Positions 52,338-64,000 of a stretch of DNA of 64,000 bases are shown here, one piece after another (positions within the stretch are counted from its first letter, which is position 1; the number at the start of each line of letters is the position of its first letter). The position numbers and the translations under genes were made by a program. The notes beneath the pieces were generated by a model. That model saw only the letters and a program-made list of their open reading frames with translations, had not been told where the DNA came from and did no database searches. This stretch comes from Eledone cirrhosa. Its lineage: Eukaryota. The stretch is from the NCBI GenBank assembly GCA_964016885.1, contig OZ024740.1:326864001-326928000 (forward strand), in the 5' to 3' direction.

Positions 52338-55300
52338 TAGGGCATTTGCGGCAGCAGCAGCAAAAACAAAGCGCTTATTGAATATTGATATTGATATTAG
52401 CGATAAAGACGAACAGTTGACCAAAGCGTGGAGGCTAATTAAACGGGAGAAGTCCTGGGCAAACCTGACCATCCCGGACGAGGCAATAGCGGCCATGCAA
52501 AGGAGGACGGTGCTCTTTCGATGTATTTCGGTGCAGACACGAAACATGGAACTTGCGAGCCAAGCAGAGGTAGAGGCTGCTTTGGTGTACATCGGAAGTA
52601 ACATAGAGTACAAAGCAAGAGGCAAACAGTTCGGTACCATCTCGGTACTGTTCAAAACCGAGGCCCTCGCTATTAAGCACTCGGTGACCCCCTGCAGAAC
52701 GGAACGCATTATCATGCATCCGTCCTATATGGGTAAAAGGACAGTGAAGGTACGCATTCCCAGCATCCCACCAGGAATGAACATATGGTGGCTGCTGGGA
52801 TGCGTAATCGAGGAGGGGACAGACACTGCCCTCCTAGACATCAAAAGGACAGAGAGAGAGGACTGGTCCGGAATGGATTTGGAGATTCTTCTCCAAATGA
52901 AACCGGAAGATATGAATAACATCCCGGATTTTTCCCGCCTGCAGGATGGGACAACAATCCAACTAATGATTGACGGAAGAAGGCCATGCTGCTTCGTCTG
53001 CGGGGAAGCAACGCATCTTCAAGCCTTCTGCCCTCAGCGCAAAAATGCAGGGGGTCGCAAACCTCCTTTGTTGCCAACGCCAGTGTCAGCACGGAAAGCT
53101 GCACCACCACCACCACCACCAAAAACAACATCAACAAAAACACGGACACCAACATCAAAAGCAGCCGGATCACCACCAACACCAAAACCAATCCAAGGAG
53201 AAAACGAGGAAAGCTCTCCCACTCCCCATACCCCCCCCAATTATACACATAGACAAAACAATAAACGCACACACAGACACAGAGACACTCACAGACACAG
53301 ACCCTTTGTCTTCCAGCAGCGAAGATGAAGGAAAACCCAAAAGTGCAAAAAAACAGAGAAAACTCACAAAAAAAAAGCCCCAACAAAACACAAAAACACA
53401 CACAACAAAAAATACAGACACCACTAACGCAAACACTTCCCCAATAACATCATCACCAACAGCAACATCGACACCACCTCCACAATCCCCGAAACGCAAA
53501 CAACCTAAACAAACACAAGTACAAATAAACACACAAATACCTGAAATTGCAGACACCACACCTACAACAAACATAGACATACCCGAAACAACACCACCAA
53601 AACCATCGCCACCACCTTCACCAAAACGAAAACAAATAAAACCACACCACCAAAATGTTAAAAACTTCGTGCTTGTCAGAAGGGCCAACGATAAACTGAT
53701 GACCCTCTTAGCGCGAAGCGAGGACATTCAAACAGAGGGGGAGATTTTTGAAATGAGCACATTTTGCGTGCCAGAAGATTTGCTTCTGGTCCGAATGTCA
53801 CTCAATTCCTTCAAAGAAATTCGAGAGAGCTTTCCTCAAGACGTGGGAACCCCGAATGTGAAACCGACATCAAGACTTTTAAAGGGGTTCCCAAAAGAAA
53901 CCCCACCAACCATGGAGGTCGAACCACCCGACCTTCACAAGACCCGGGAGGTAAGTAAACCTTCCCTCTCTCTCTCTTAGCTTACCAATATGGCCATATT
54001 AAGAGTAGGAAGTTTAAATGTTCGCGGCCTGGGGTCACCCTGGAAGCAGGGTCGCCTGCTCAACGACCTCCGGTCGCTGGAAATGGATGTGATTGCCGTA
54101 AGCGAGACCAGAATTTCCGACACGTGCGCACTAGCCCCCATTTTCGACGACTATCAGATCTTCGCATATGTTAGCAGGCCGGGAATGAGGGTGGGGTGGC
54201 AGTGCTGTTTAGGAAAGGACTGGATCTCGAGGTAAGTCGATCTTCCGGGACCCGGACGGTAAGTTGGTGGTCTTGGATGTGAGCAGTAGCGAAGGTGGTG
54301 CCTTTAGACTGCTGGCCGTCTACGCCCCTACAGGGGCCGGACGACCTGACTTCTTTAGGCGCCTGGAGACCTTTCTGGGTACGTCTCGCCCTTTACTGTT
54401 AGCGGGGGACTGGAATGGGATCTTAGACGCACGCTGGGATTGTGTGGGAGTAGCCGATAGGAGCGGGGTGTGCAAAAGCCTCAAGCACCTACTCAGCCAG
54501 TTCCAACTGTCTGACAGGTATCGAATAGATTTCCCCAATGTGCCAGTATGGACATGGACCAACCGAATGGGGTCATCTAGATCGTATATAGACAGAATCT
54601 TCATTAGGAAAATAGATAGAAATAGTGTGGGCTGTCCACTTTTTAAAACGGTCGCCTATTCAGATCACAAATTTGTGATCTGTACGGTCGACCTAAATAA
54701 AACGCGTAGGTTAGGACCGGGTTACTGGAAGCTGAACATGTCATTTCCGGCACGTAAGGCTTACAGGGACCGAATCAACAAGTTAGTTAAGCAAAAGTTG
54801 ACAGGGGGGATCATCAACAACAGATGGTGGGGGGCTCTCAAAAGAGAGATTAGAGTAACTTCGATAGAGTTCAGCAAAGAACTAGTGTTAGAGAAAAATA
54901 GAAAGGAGAGGGAGCTGGTAGATAAGTTAGACGAGGCTATTTGTAGTGGCATCGTAACTGACGTGCTAGCGGCGAGAATGGCATTAGACCATTTCTTCGA
55001 TGCCAAACACGAAGGTTGAATTGTCAGAGCTAAGGCGCGTGCGCTGAGAAACGAGGGAACTAAAGCTGTTCGATGGGCCCGCGTGGCGGAGGCGCAGCGT
55101 GGTAATAAAACCACAATTCGGTCTTTGGCGGACCGAGACGGACACGAGATAAGCGATTCCAAGCGGATGTGTGAGGCTTTTCGCCAGCACTTTGCTCGGT
55201 TGTTCAGGGAGAGTGGCGAGTCAGAGAGAGTAGCGGATTTCAGTCCCTACCTTGACGGCTTGCCGCGCATCTCGACGGTCGACGCTGAGCGCTGCGAAAG

Positions 55301-57686
55301 GCCGATTACTTCAGCCGAAATTCAGGACGCCCTTGTCGGCTACATGAGGGGCAAGTCACCCGGTTTGGATGGCCTGCCCTACGAGCTTTACGTAAATATG
55401 CCAGACTTGTTCTCCGAACTCCTCGAAGCACTCTACTGTAACTGGCAGCAGAATGGGAGTATTCCCAGTTCTGTGAGCAGGGGAGTGGTGACGCTGATAA
55501 GGAAAGACGAGAACAAGAGGGATACATTAGATAACTTCAGGCCCATAACTCTGCTCAACACAGAGTTTAAGATTTTGGCCAAGGTGTTAGCAAAGAGATT
55601 GGCGCTTGTCGTCGAGGATTTGGTTGGGGAGGCGCAAACTTGCGCAATCCCAGCCAGGTCCATACACGACAATCTCCACCTCATGCGATACATCATAGAG
55701 AGGGTAGGGTGTAAACCTGGCTTCGGTGGGGCACTGATCAATTTAGATCAATCGAAAGCATTCGATAGGGTCGACAATCGGTATCTGGAGTTTGTCCTCA
55801 AAGCAGCTGGCTTCGGCCCTGTCTTTAGAAGCTGGATCGTTGCAATGCACAGCGGCACACGCTCGATGGTCAAGGTTAATGGCCACCTCTCGGAACCATT
55901 TCGGCTCTCCCGATCGGTCCGTCAAGGGTGCCCTCTCTCTTCCCTTCTGTACGTATTGACTCTCGAGCCTTTACTGCGGAAGCTGGAGCTGTTGCAGGGC
56001 ATCCCGCTTGAACCGGGACGTGGAAAGGCGGTGTCGGCTTATGCGGACGACATCACCGTGATGGTGTCGAACACCTCAGAAATCGAGGTGGTCGCCACCT
56101 TATTGAAGGAATATGAAAGGTTGACAGGAGCCAAACTTAACCCGGAAAAGTCGGTGGGCTTGCAGCTCGGAACCTGGAGAGGCAGGCCCATGCCATCCAA
56201 CAGCGTCGTGGGGCGCTGGACGGACGGACCAGTAAAGTTGTTCGGGGTTTGGTTCGGACCAGACCTCCAGGTGGAAAAGAATTGGGACGAGGTAACGAGC
56301 AGAGTAGCCAGTCTCACCCAAAAATGGGCTGGGAGGAAACTATCACTGAAAGGTCGCGCCGAGGTGGCGAATGCGTACATCGCGTCCGTCATCTACTACC
56401 GCCTAACCGTCGTGCCTTGCCCCCGTCCGCGCCTCGTCAAGTTGGAACGGCTCCTCTTCAAATTCTTGTGGAGGGGACAAGTTCCGTTGGTGAGGCGGTC
56501 CATCTGCTGCCAGCACCCTCTACGCGGAGGGCTGGGCATGCCGTGGCTAATGAGGCGCAGACATGCGTTGAGGCTGCGACATCTCCAGATATTCTGCCTC
56601 AATGGTGAACAGGTGTGGTCGCCGTTTATCAGACGGGCCTTTCCGCAGCTCATTTCTTTGACCGAGCTGCAGTCCTGGGTCAAGAAGTGACCGAGACTGG
56701 GTGACTGGCACCTGGAATGTTGCCAGGCACTCACTGCCCTCTACCAAGCGGGCAATGCGATCAGTGGAACTTCCACTCTCGAGTTCTATAGAGGATTAGT
56801 GGTGGGCAAGTGCGATGACGCACTCGGAGAAGCTTTGGGCCTCGACGAAGTCGAACTGACCAGTCTGTACCGGAGGACTTTTGAGCCGGGGACGATGGAC
56901 AATTTCCAGAAATCCCTCGCTTGGCAGTGCTACCGGGGGGCACTGCCGGTTCGGGATAAACTCTACAGGCACGGAAGTGCTGTCAGACGGACCTGCCCAA
57001 GATGCGCACAGAACGACGAAACCGTTCTGCACGCACTTGTCCAATGTCCGTGCATTACTGACCTGTGGAGTTATGTCGAACAGCTACTGTCGCGTGTGGA
57101 ACGAATCCGGCTATCGGCCGAGTCCATAGTGAAGATCGAGCCGTGACCTTCCTTAGGTCAGGACGAGCAGGAAAGTTTCCTCTGTCTGGTGGCAGTTGCG
57201 AAAGAGATTATATGGTGGACCAGGTTGAAAGGACTAAAGACAGACACTTTTCTCTTCGGCCAATCCCTCATCAACTTCTTCAAGTTTCACCTGGAAAGGA
57301 GGGTGAGGGTGGAGAGAGAAGTGCAGCCCCCCAGTACATTTGCTAAAAGGTGGGTGAATGTGGCGAGAATGGCTCGTGTGAATGGGCCTACTCTGACCAT
57401 GCGCCTATAGGCTGGCTAACTTGAGGAGAGGGGTGCTCTCCTGGGTGCCCTAGAAGCGCAGGGTGGTTCAGGATTGGTGGGGTACCCGAATCACCCCAGG
57501 GTCGTCCACCTCCTATCGGGGAATTTATTTTGTTATATTTATGCATAGTTTATTTTATATTTTTATATTTTCATTGTTAAATTAGTCTTGCCATTGTGCA
57601 TTTTTACTCGACCTTATTGTAAACCCCCACTGTCCCTGTCCTTGTATTGTCCCCTACATGTCGGCCCTTGTGGCTAATAAATGAAA

Positions 57687-57718
<32 letters not shown>
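52338..57718 (+). mobile_element. Tx1-like LINE copy B: 5'-truncated zinc-knuckle ORF1 plus disrupted APE-RT ORF2 at 53990-57410
   Basis: ORF1 has CFVCGEATHLQAFC. The endonuclease has SLNVRGL, SET, VYAP, GDWN, SDH and GPGYWKLN. The RT has AYADD. An (ATT)n tail follows. Confidence 0.92.
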
Positions 57719-60700
57719 GAATGCTATGGTTGACGGAGGCTCGGCTCTGTAAGGTATTGTAAATTTTGAACGCTATAACAATTGTAAATTGTTTAAAACT
57801 TTAACCAACTTGTAGACAAAAACACCCTCTTCCTCGTAAGAGGGGTCTTTCTGCCCGTTATTTGGCCCTTCGGGGTTAAATAACTGCTTATTGGGGTTTT
57901 GTGCCCAATATTTATTTTAAACAAAAAAAAACAATATGGCTACGAAAAAGAATTTTCATAGGTCACTCCCACTCATTCCGTCTTCTTCTTCCTCAATCGT
58001 CACTACAGCAGAGAGAAGATTGTCTCTCTCCCTCCCTTCTTTAAATGTGTCTCTCTCCCTCCCTTCTCTTTCGCAAGCGACGACAGAAAAGAAAAGTCTC
58101 GTGCAAAGTGTGCAAGATTTCTCCACGACGATGACGACAACGACGAAACAGGTGTGCGGGAAATACGAAAACCCATTTCATTCGTCTGACGTCAGGAATA
58201 ATAGCAGTAGCAGCCGTAATAACAACAGCAACAGTGACAATGAAAACAACAGTAGCAGCCGCAACAGCATCAGCAGCAGCATAAACAACAACAGCATTAG
58301 CAGCAGCAACAACAACAACAACCACAGCAACAGCGGCGGCGGCAGTAGTCGTAGTACCTGCAGCAACAACAAAAGTAACAGCAGCTCTGACGACAACAAC
58401 AACAACAACAGCAGCAAAGAAAAACCAATCTCGTTTGCAGGTATCGCGAAGAACTTGGAAACCATCCTCATAACAAATGAGGAATTAGAGGAAGCGAAGA
58501 AGATGGTGACAAAAACTGGACACCGAGCAATCTGCAAGGCAGCGGAAAATTTTTTAGAAACCCAACAGCACTGTACGGTCACGTACCGTACAGTAAGTAC
58601 AAAATCCCGTAGGGTTGAAAGAGCCACAGAGGCTCAAATACAAAAAGCCTTGGGGTCTGTGTGGCAGCGGAAAACGCACATCACCCGAGGCAAGAAATAT
58701 GCCACCGTAGACGTACTTTTTGCCACACCCCAGGAGGCAAAGGCTCAATCCGTAGTGACCCTAAGGAGCGAGGAAATGGTGTTGGTGCCCTCCTACTGCG
58801 GGCAAAAAATTGTGAGGGTCAAACTAACCCACGCCCCCCCCCCCCCCCTGGATGGCCCCTTCTTGGCTGGCCGCGTCTGTCCTCGTCGGAATCGAGGACA
58901 AAACAACTGTACTGCAAGTACAGAAAAAAGTAAGAGAAGATTGGGTCGGCACCTCCATTGAGATGTTAATCCAAACCAACCAGGACTGCATCGAAGCTAT
59001 CCCGGATGTGATAGTCTTCGACAACTGCCCATAAGTGTTGAGGGCAAACGCCCGAAATGCTTTCGCTGTGGATCGAAGACTCACCTCAGGGCCTTCTGCA
59101 ACGAGAAGACCCTGAGAAAGGAGAAAACCCCCTCCTTCCGAAACCGGCTCCACAGCTACCAGCAACAGGACAAGCGGCAACCAGGAACGATAGATCCGTG
59201 GCACCCATACCCACGCCACGGAAATCAAAAACAGCAGCAGCAGTGGAAGTATTAACAACAACAAGAGCAATACCAAATGCAGCTGCAACAGAGACTCCAG
59301 TGCAAACTTCACCAACAACAACAAGTGAAAGAGTGGAGCTGGTACCCCTCCCCGACCTCACAGAATCAGACATGGAGTGTGAGGTGGGAGAGGGATGGCA
59401 AAAGGTCGTAAGAAGGCACAAACGCAGAAGCAGCGCATCGTCGCCTTTGAAAGGGAGGAAAGAAATGAAAAAAGGGTAAAGTCTACTGCAAAGAGATTCA
59501 CAGCAGCAACACCACAAACACCATCACCACCCACACTAGCACCACCATCACCACCGGCGACAACCCCACCGCCAACAACACTTTTAACACCACCACCACA
59601 AGCACCAACATCGCAAACACAACAACAAAACACACACACCCAGCAACAACGACAAGAAAATAGCAGAACCACACCCCACCCCCAGAAAAACGAATGCACG
59701 GCAATAAATACACACAACAAGAAACTAATGACTTACATAATTGAACACACAGACATTTCACAACACGACTACATAATACCAGCACCAATCAAAACGCCAA
59801 CTAACATAAGACTCCTAAAAATAGCACAGAAACAATACACAAACATTAAAACGAAATTCCCCAACGCAGTTGGTGATTTCAGAGACCTAGGAGGAACTAT
59901 CAACCGAAGAGTATATTCGGACATACTCATAGAAGAGCCGATGACCAGCCGAAGGGACGATTCAACGGCCCCTTCACCAGACGATCAAGTGAAAAGGGAT
60001 GTAAAAACCATCCCTCCTCTACGAAAAGTACGGTAAGTGGTCTTTCCCATCTTTTCCACTCTATTTTAAACATGACCTCACTCAGAATAGGCAGCATAAA
60101 TGCGCGTGGCTTGGGGTCGTCATGGAAGCAGGGTCACCTGCTCAACGACCTCAAGTCACTAAACATAAATGTAGTGGCCATCAGCGAGACCAGAATCTCC
60201 GAAGCACGAGCCTTCGCACCGATCTTCGGCGGCTACGATGTGTACGCATCTCCCAGCCGTCCTGGATCGGGGGGAGGAGTTGCTTTGCTTTTTCGGAGAG
60301 GTTTGGATCTCGCCATACGGGCCATCTTCCTGGACCCAGAGGGTAAGTTGGTGGTGCTGGACGTGACCAGCGGAGACGGGCAAGCTTTCAGGCTAGTGGC
60401 CGTCTATGCCCCGACAGGAGCAGGGCGGTCTGATTTCTTCCGGCGTCTGGAGACCTTTCTTGGAACGTCCCGCACTTTAGTGTTAGTGGGCGACTGGAAC
60501 GGGATCTTAGATGCACGCTGGGACTGTGTGGGATTAGCGGATAGGGGTGGAGGGTGCAAGAGCCTCACCAACCTGCTCAGGCGTTTTGAACTGTCTGACA
60601 GGTACCGATTGGATTTCCCGAATGTGCCAATGTGGACTTGGACAAATCGCATAGGGTCATCCAGATCATATCTAGATAGAGTATTTTGTAGGGAAATAGA

Positions 60701-63700
60701 TAGGTCTAGCATAGGCTGTCCACAATTCAAGATAGTCAGCTACACGGACCACAAATTCGTGATCTGTGTGCTTGACTTAGATAGGCTTCATAGAAGAGGA
60801 CCCGGCTACTGGAAGCTAAACGCGTCCTTACCAGCACGTAAGGGATACAGAGACTGGATTAACGAACTAGTTAAGCGGGCGTTGACGGGAGCCATCGTCA
60901 ACAACAAGTGGTGGTTTGCTCTGAAAAGAGCAATTAGAATAGAATCGATTAGGTTTAGTAAGGCTTTAGCAATAGAGAAAAATAGAGCAGAGGGAGAACT
61001 AGTTAGAAAATTAGACGAGGCGCTTGGCAAAGGCATTGCGACCGACGTGCTTGCGGCGAAATTGGCCCTTGACCAATTCTTCAATGCAAAGCACGAAGGC
61101 TGCGTTGTCAGAGCAAGGGTGCGTGCTCTCAGACACGAGGGGACGAAAGCCGTTCAATGGGCCCGAGTGGCGGAGGCGCGTCGTGGCAACAAAGCCACAA
61201 CCCGGTTTTTGGTGGACCACGACGGGCGCATGCTACTCGATCCCGGGCAAAGGTGTGAAGCTTTTCAGCGACACTTCACTCAGCTGTTCGGGGGCAGCGG
61301 TGGGCCGGGTCGAGGGATGGACTTTAGTGTCTACCTCGACGGACTGTCGCGGCTCTTGGCCACTGAGGCGAAGTGTTGCGAAAAGCCGATAACAGCTACT
61401 GAAGTAAGGGAGGCAATGACTGGCTGCACAAGGGGTAAATCGCCTGGTTTGGATGGTCTGCCCTATGAACTTTACGTACAGATGCCAGACTTATTCGGAG
61501 GCCTCTTGGCGGACGTCTACTGCAACTGGCAACAGAACGGGAGAATTCCCAGTTCTGTGAGCCGAGGAGCGGTGGCACTGCTGAGAAAGATCCGAACAAG
61601 GGGGATAACATAGATAATTTTAGGCCCATAACTCTGCTAAACACAGAGTTCAAGATTTTGGCCAAGGTGCTAGCAAAGAGGTTGGCGCTTGTCGTTGGTG
61701 GTCTGGTGGGAGAGGCACAGACATGCGCCATTCCCGACAGATCCATCCACGACAACCTCCACCTCATGCGATACATCGTAGAGAGGGTAGCTAGGGAACC
61801 TGGCACGGGTGGGTCCTTGATCAATTTAGATCAGTCGAAAGCCTTCGATAGGGTCGACCATCGTTACCTAGCGGCAGTCCTGAGGGCGGCTGGCTTTGGG
61901 CCCGTCTTCAGAGGCTGGATCGCTGCCATGCACAGCGACATCTGCTCTGTAGTGAGAGTGAACGGTCACCTTTCGGAACCGTTCAACATCATGTGTTCGG
62001 TCCGCCAAGGATGTCCCCTCTCGTCCCTATTGTACGTATTGACTCTCGAGCCATTACTGCACAAACTGGAGACGTTGAGGGGGGTCCCGCGCGAACTAGG
62101 ATGCGGAAGATCCGTGTCAGCATATGCGGACGATGTCACCGTAGTGGTGTCGAACGCCAAACACATCGAGGCGATCGGCACTACACTAAGAGAATACGAA
62201 GCGGTGACAGGAGCAATGATCAACCAGGAAAAGTCAGTGGGACTGCAGCTCGGCACCTGGAGAGGCAGGTCCATGCCGTCCAACAGCGTCGTCGGGCGCT
62301 GGACGGACGGACCGGTTAAATTGCTAGGGGTCTGGTTCGGTCCAGACCTCCAGACGGACAAAAACTGGGACGAGGTGACGAGCAGGGTGGCTTCTCTCAC
62401 CCAGAAATGGGTCGAGAGGAAGCTATCCCTGAAAGGTCAAGCGGAGGTGGCGAATGCGTACATCGCATCCGTCATCTACTACCGCCTGACCGTCGTACCT
62501 TGTCCTAAGCCCCGCCTGACTGCGCTGGAGCGTTTGCTCTTTCGCTTCTTGTGGAAGGGACGCGCTCTGATGGTCAGGCGGTCCATCTGCTGTCAACACC
62601 CGCTATGTGGAGGGCTGGGCATGCCGTGGCTGATGATGCGCAGACACGCGCTCAGGCTACGACATCTCCACCTCTTCCTCGACGGTGATCAGGTGTGGTC
62701 GCCGTTTGCTAGACACGTTTTTCCCCAGCTCGTCTCCTTGACGGAGCTGCAGTCCTGGGTCAAGCGAAGACCGAGAGGGAGCGCTTGGAGACTGGAATGT
62801 CTTCAGGCGCTCACAGCCCTCGACCAATCGGGCAATGTGATCGGTGGAAACTCCACCTTGGCGTTCTTTAGGGGATTAGTGGAGGGGAAGAGCGACGACG
62901 TACTTGGAAAAACTCTAGGCGTCGACGAAAATCAACTAGCCAATCTCTTCGGAAGGACTTTCGGTCCGGGGCCTATGGACAACTTCCAGAAATCCCTGGC
63001 CTGGCACTGCTACCGAGGAGCTTTGCCAGTTCGGGATAAACTCTACAGGCATGGAGGTGCCGTCAGCCGGGCATGTCCGAGATGCGCGCAGGGCGACAAA
63101 ACCGTCCTGCACGCACTCGTCCAGTGTCCGAGCATTGCTGACTTGTGGGTTTATGTCGAACACCTGCTGTCACGTGTAGGACGGATCCAGCTATCAGCTG
63201 AGTCCATCGTGAGGATTGCCCCGCCCCCTTCCTTTAGCCGGGAAGGGCAGGCAGTTTTTATCTGTCTGGTGGCCATGGTGAAAGAGATAGTATGGTGGAC
63301 ACGTTTGAAAGGGCTGAAGACGAGCACTTACCTCTTCGGTGATGCCCTGATTAACTTTTTCAAATTTCATTTGAAAAGGAAAATCAGGGTAGAGAGGGAA
63401 GTGCTCTCTTCCCAGCATTTTGTTGAAAGATGGGTGAGAGAAACAAGTATGGCCCGAATGAATGGGCCTTCTCTGAGTATGTGTCTGTAAATTAAAGGTG
63501 GGAAACTGGGAGAGGGCACTTGCCCTGGTGGTCAGGGCCACTGTGGTCTTTTAATGGGCTTTCTCCACAAATGTCCCTCGGAAGTTTCCCCCCTATTGGG
63601 GAATTTTTCTTTGTTATTTTATTACAACCTCTGTTTTTTTTACACGCAGAAATGCCCATTTGTACCGTCCTGTATTGTCCTGTACTGTCCTTAATGTCTA

Positions 63701-63733
63701 CTTCATGTAAACCCTTGTGGTTAATAAAGAAAA

Positions 63734-63790
<57 letters not shown>
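57719..63790 (+). mobile_element. Near-full-length Tx1-like LINE copy C
   Basis: 5' UTR; ORF1 at 57936-60036 with frameshifts and the knuckle KCFRCGSKTHLRAFC at about 59055-59100; ORF2 at 60072-63490; 3' UTR and (ATT)n tail. Confidence 0.93.
60072..63490 (+). pseudogene. Tx1-like ORF2 (APE endonuclease, RT, C-terminal zinc motif) with one frameshift near 61590
   Basis: ORFs 60072-61613 and 61658-63490 join if one A is restored: agaaagatcc here versus agaaaagacc in copy A. Confidence 0.9.
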
Positions 63791-64000
63791 CAACCACAAA
63801 AATCAATACTAGAGCTTCCTCCTTCTGCCCCCCCACTGTCTCCCACACTCTCCCAGTTATAATATGATCGTGATACATGTTTTAATATGTATAATGAATT
63901 ACAGTAATTGTGTTGTTAATCTCTAAATTATTCAGTTGGAGGCTGATTTTAATTGATAAAAAGTTCATTTTTTTCCCTTCTTTCTTTCCTTCTTTATTTT

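Overview
AT-rich eukaryotic DNA, dense in (TA)n, (CA)n and (GA)n microsatellites. The SINE families and repeat content suggest an octopus or other cephalopod (inference, not database-checked). The only clear host gene is a divergent SK/KCNN small-conductance Ca2+-activated K+ channel on the minus strand, whose 484-aa ORF appears to sit in one exon. Bases 1-32 kb hold many short insertions in (TA)n tracts. Many are fold-back palindromes carrying minimal type-I hammerhead ribozyme motifs that read outward from the centre, some with a compensatory U3-A8 core or a U-U opposition at the base of helix II. A Penelope-like element at 28.9-31.1 kb has the same divergent geometry and a hammerhead in its terminal region, so these insertions are probably Penelope-derived. 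Bases 33-42 kb contain tRNA-derived SINE tandems, an inverted RTE-like fragment, an RLE-LINE fragment and MITEs. Bases 43-64 kb are a stack of non-LTR elements (three Tx1-like, two R4/Dong-like, one SINE) joined mostly through (ATT)n/(TAA)n tails. All folds and alignments were done by eye, so element boundaries are approximate.
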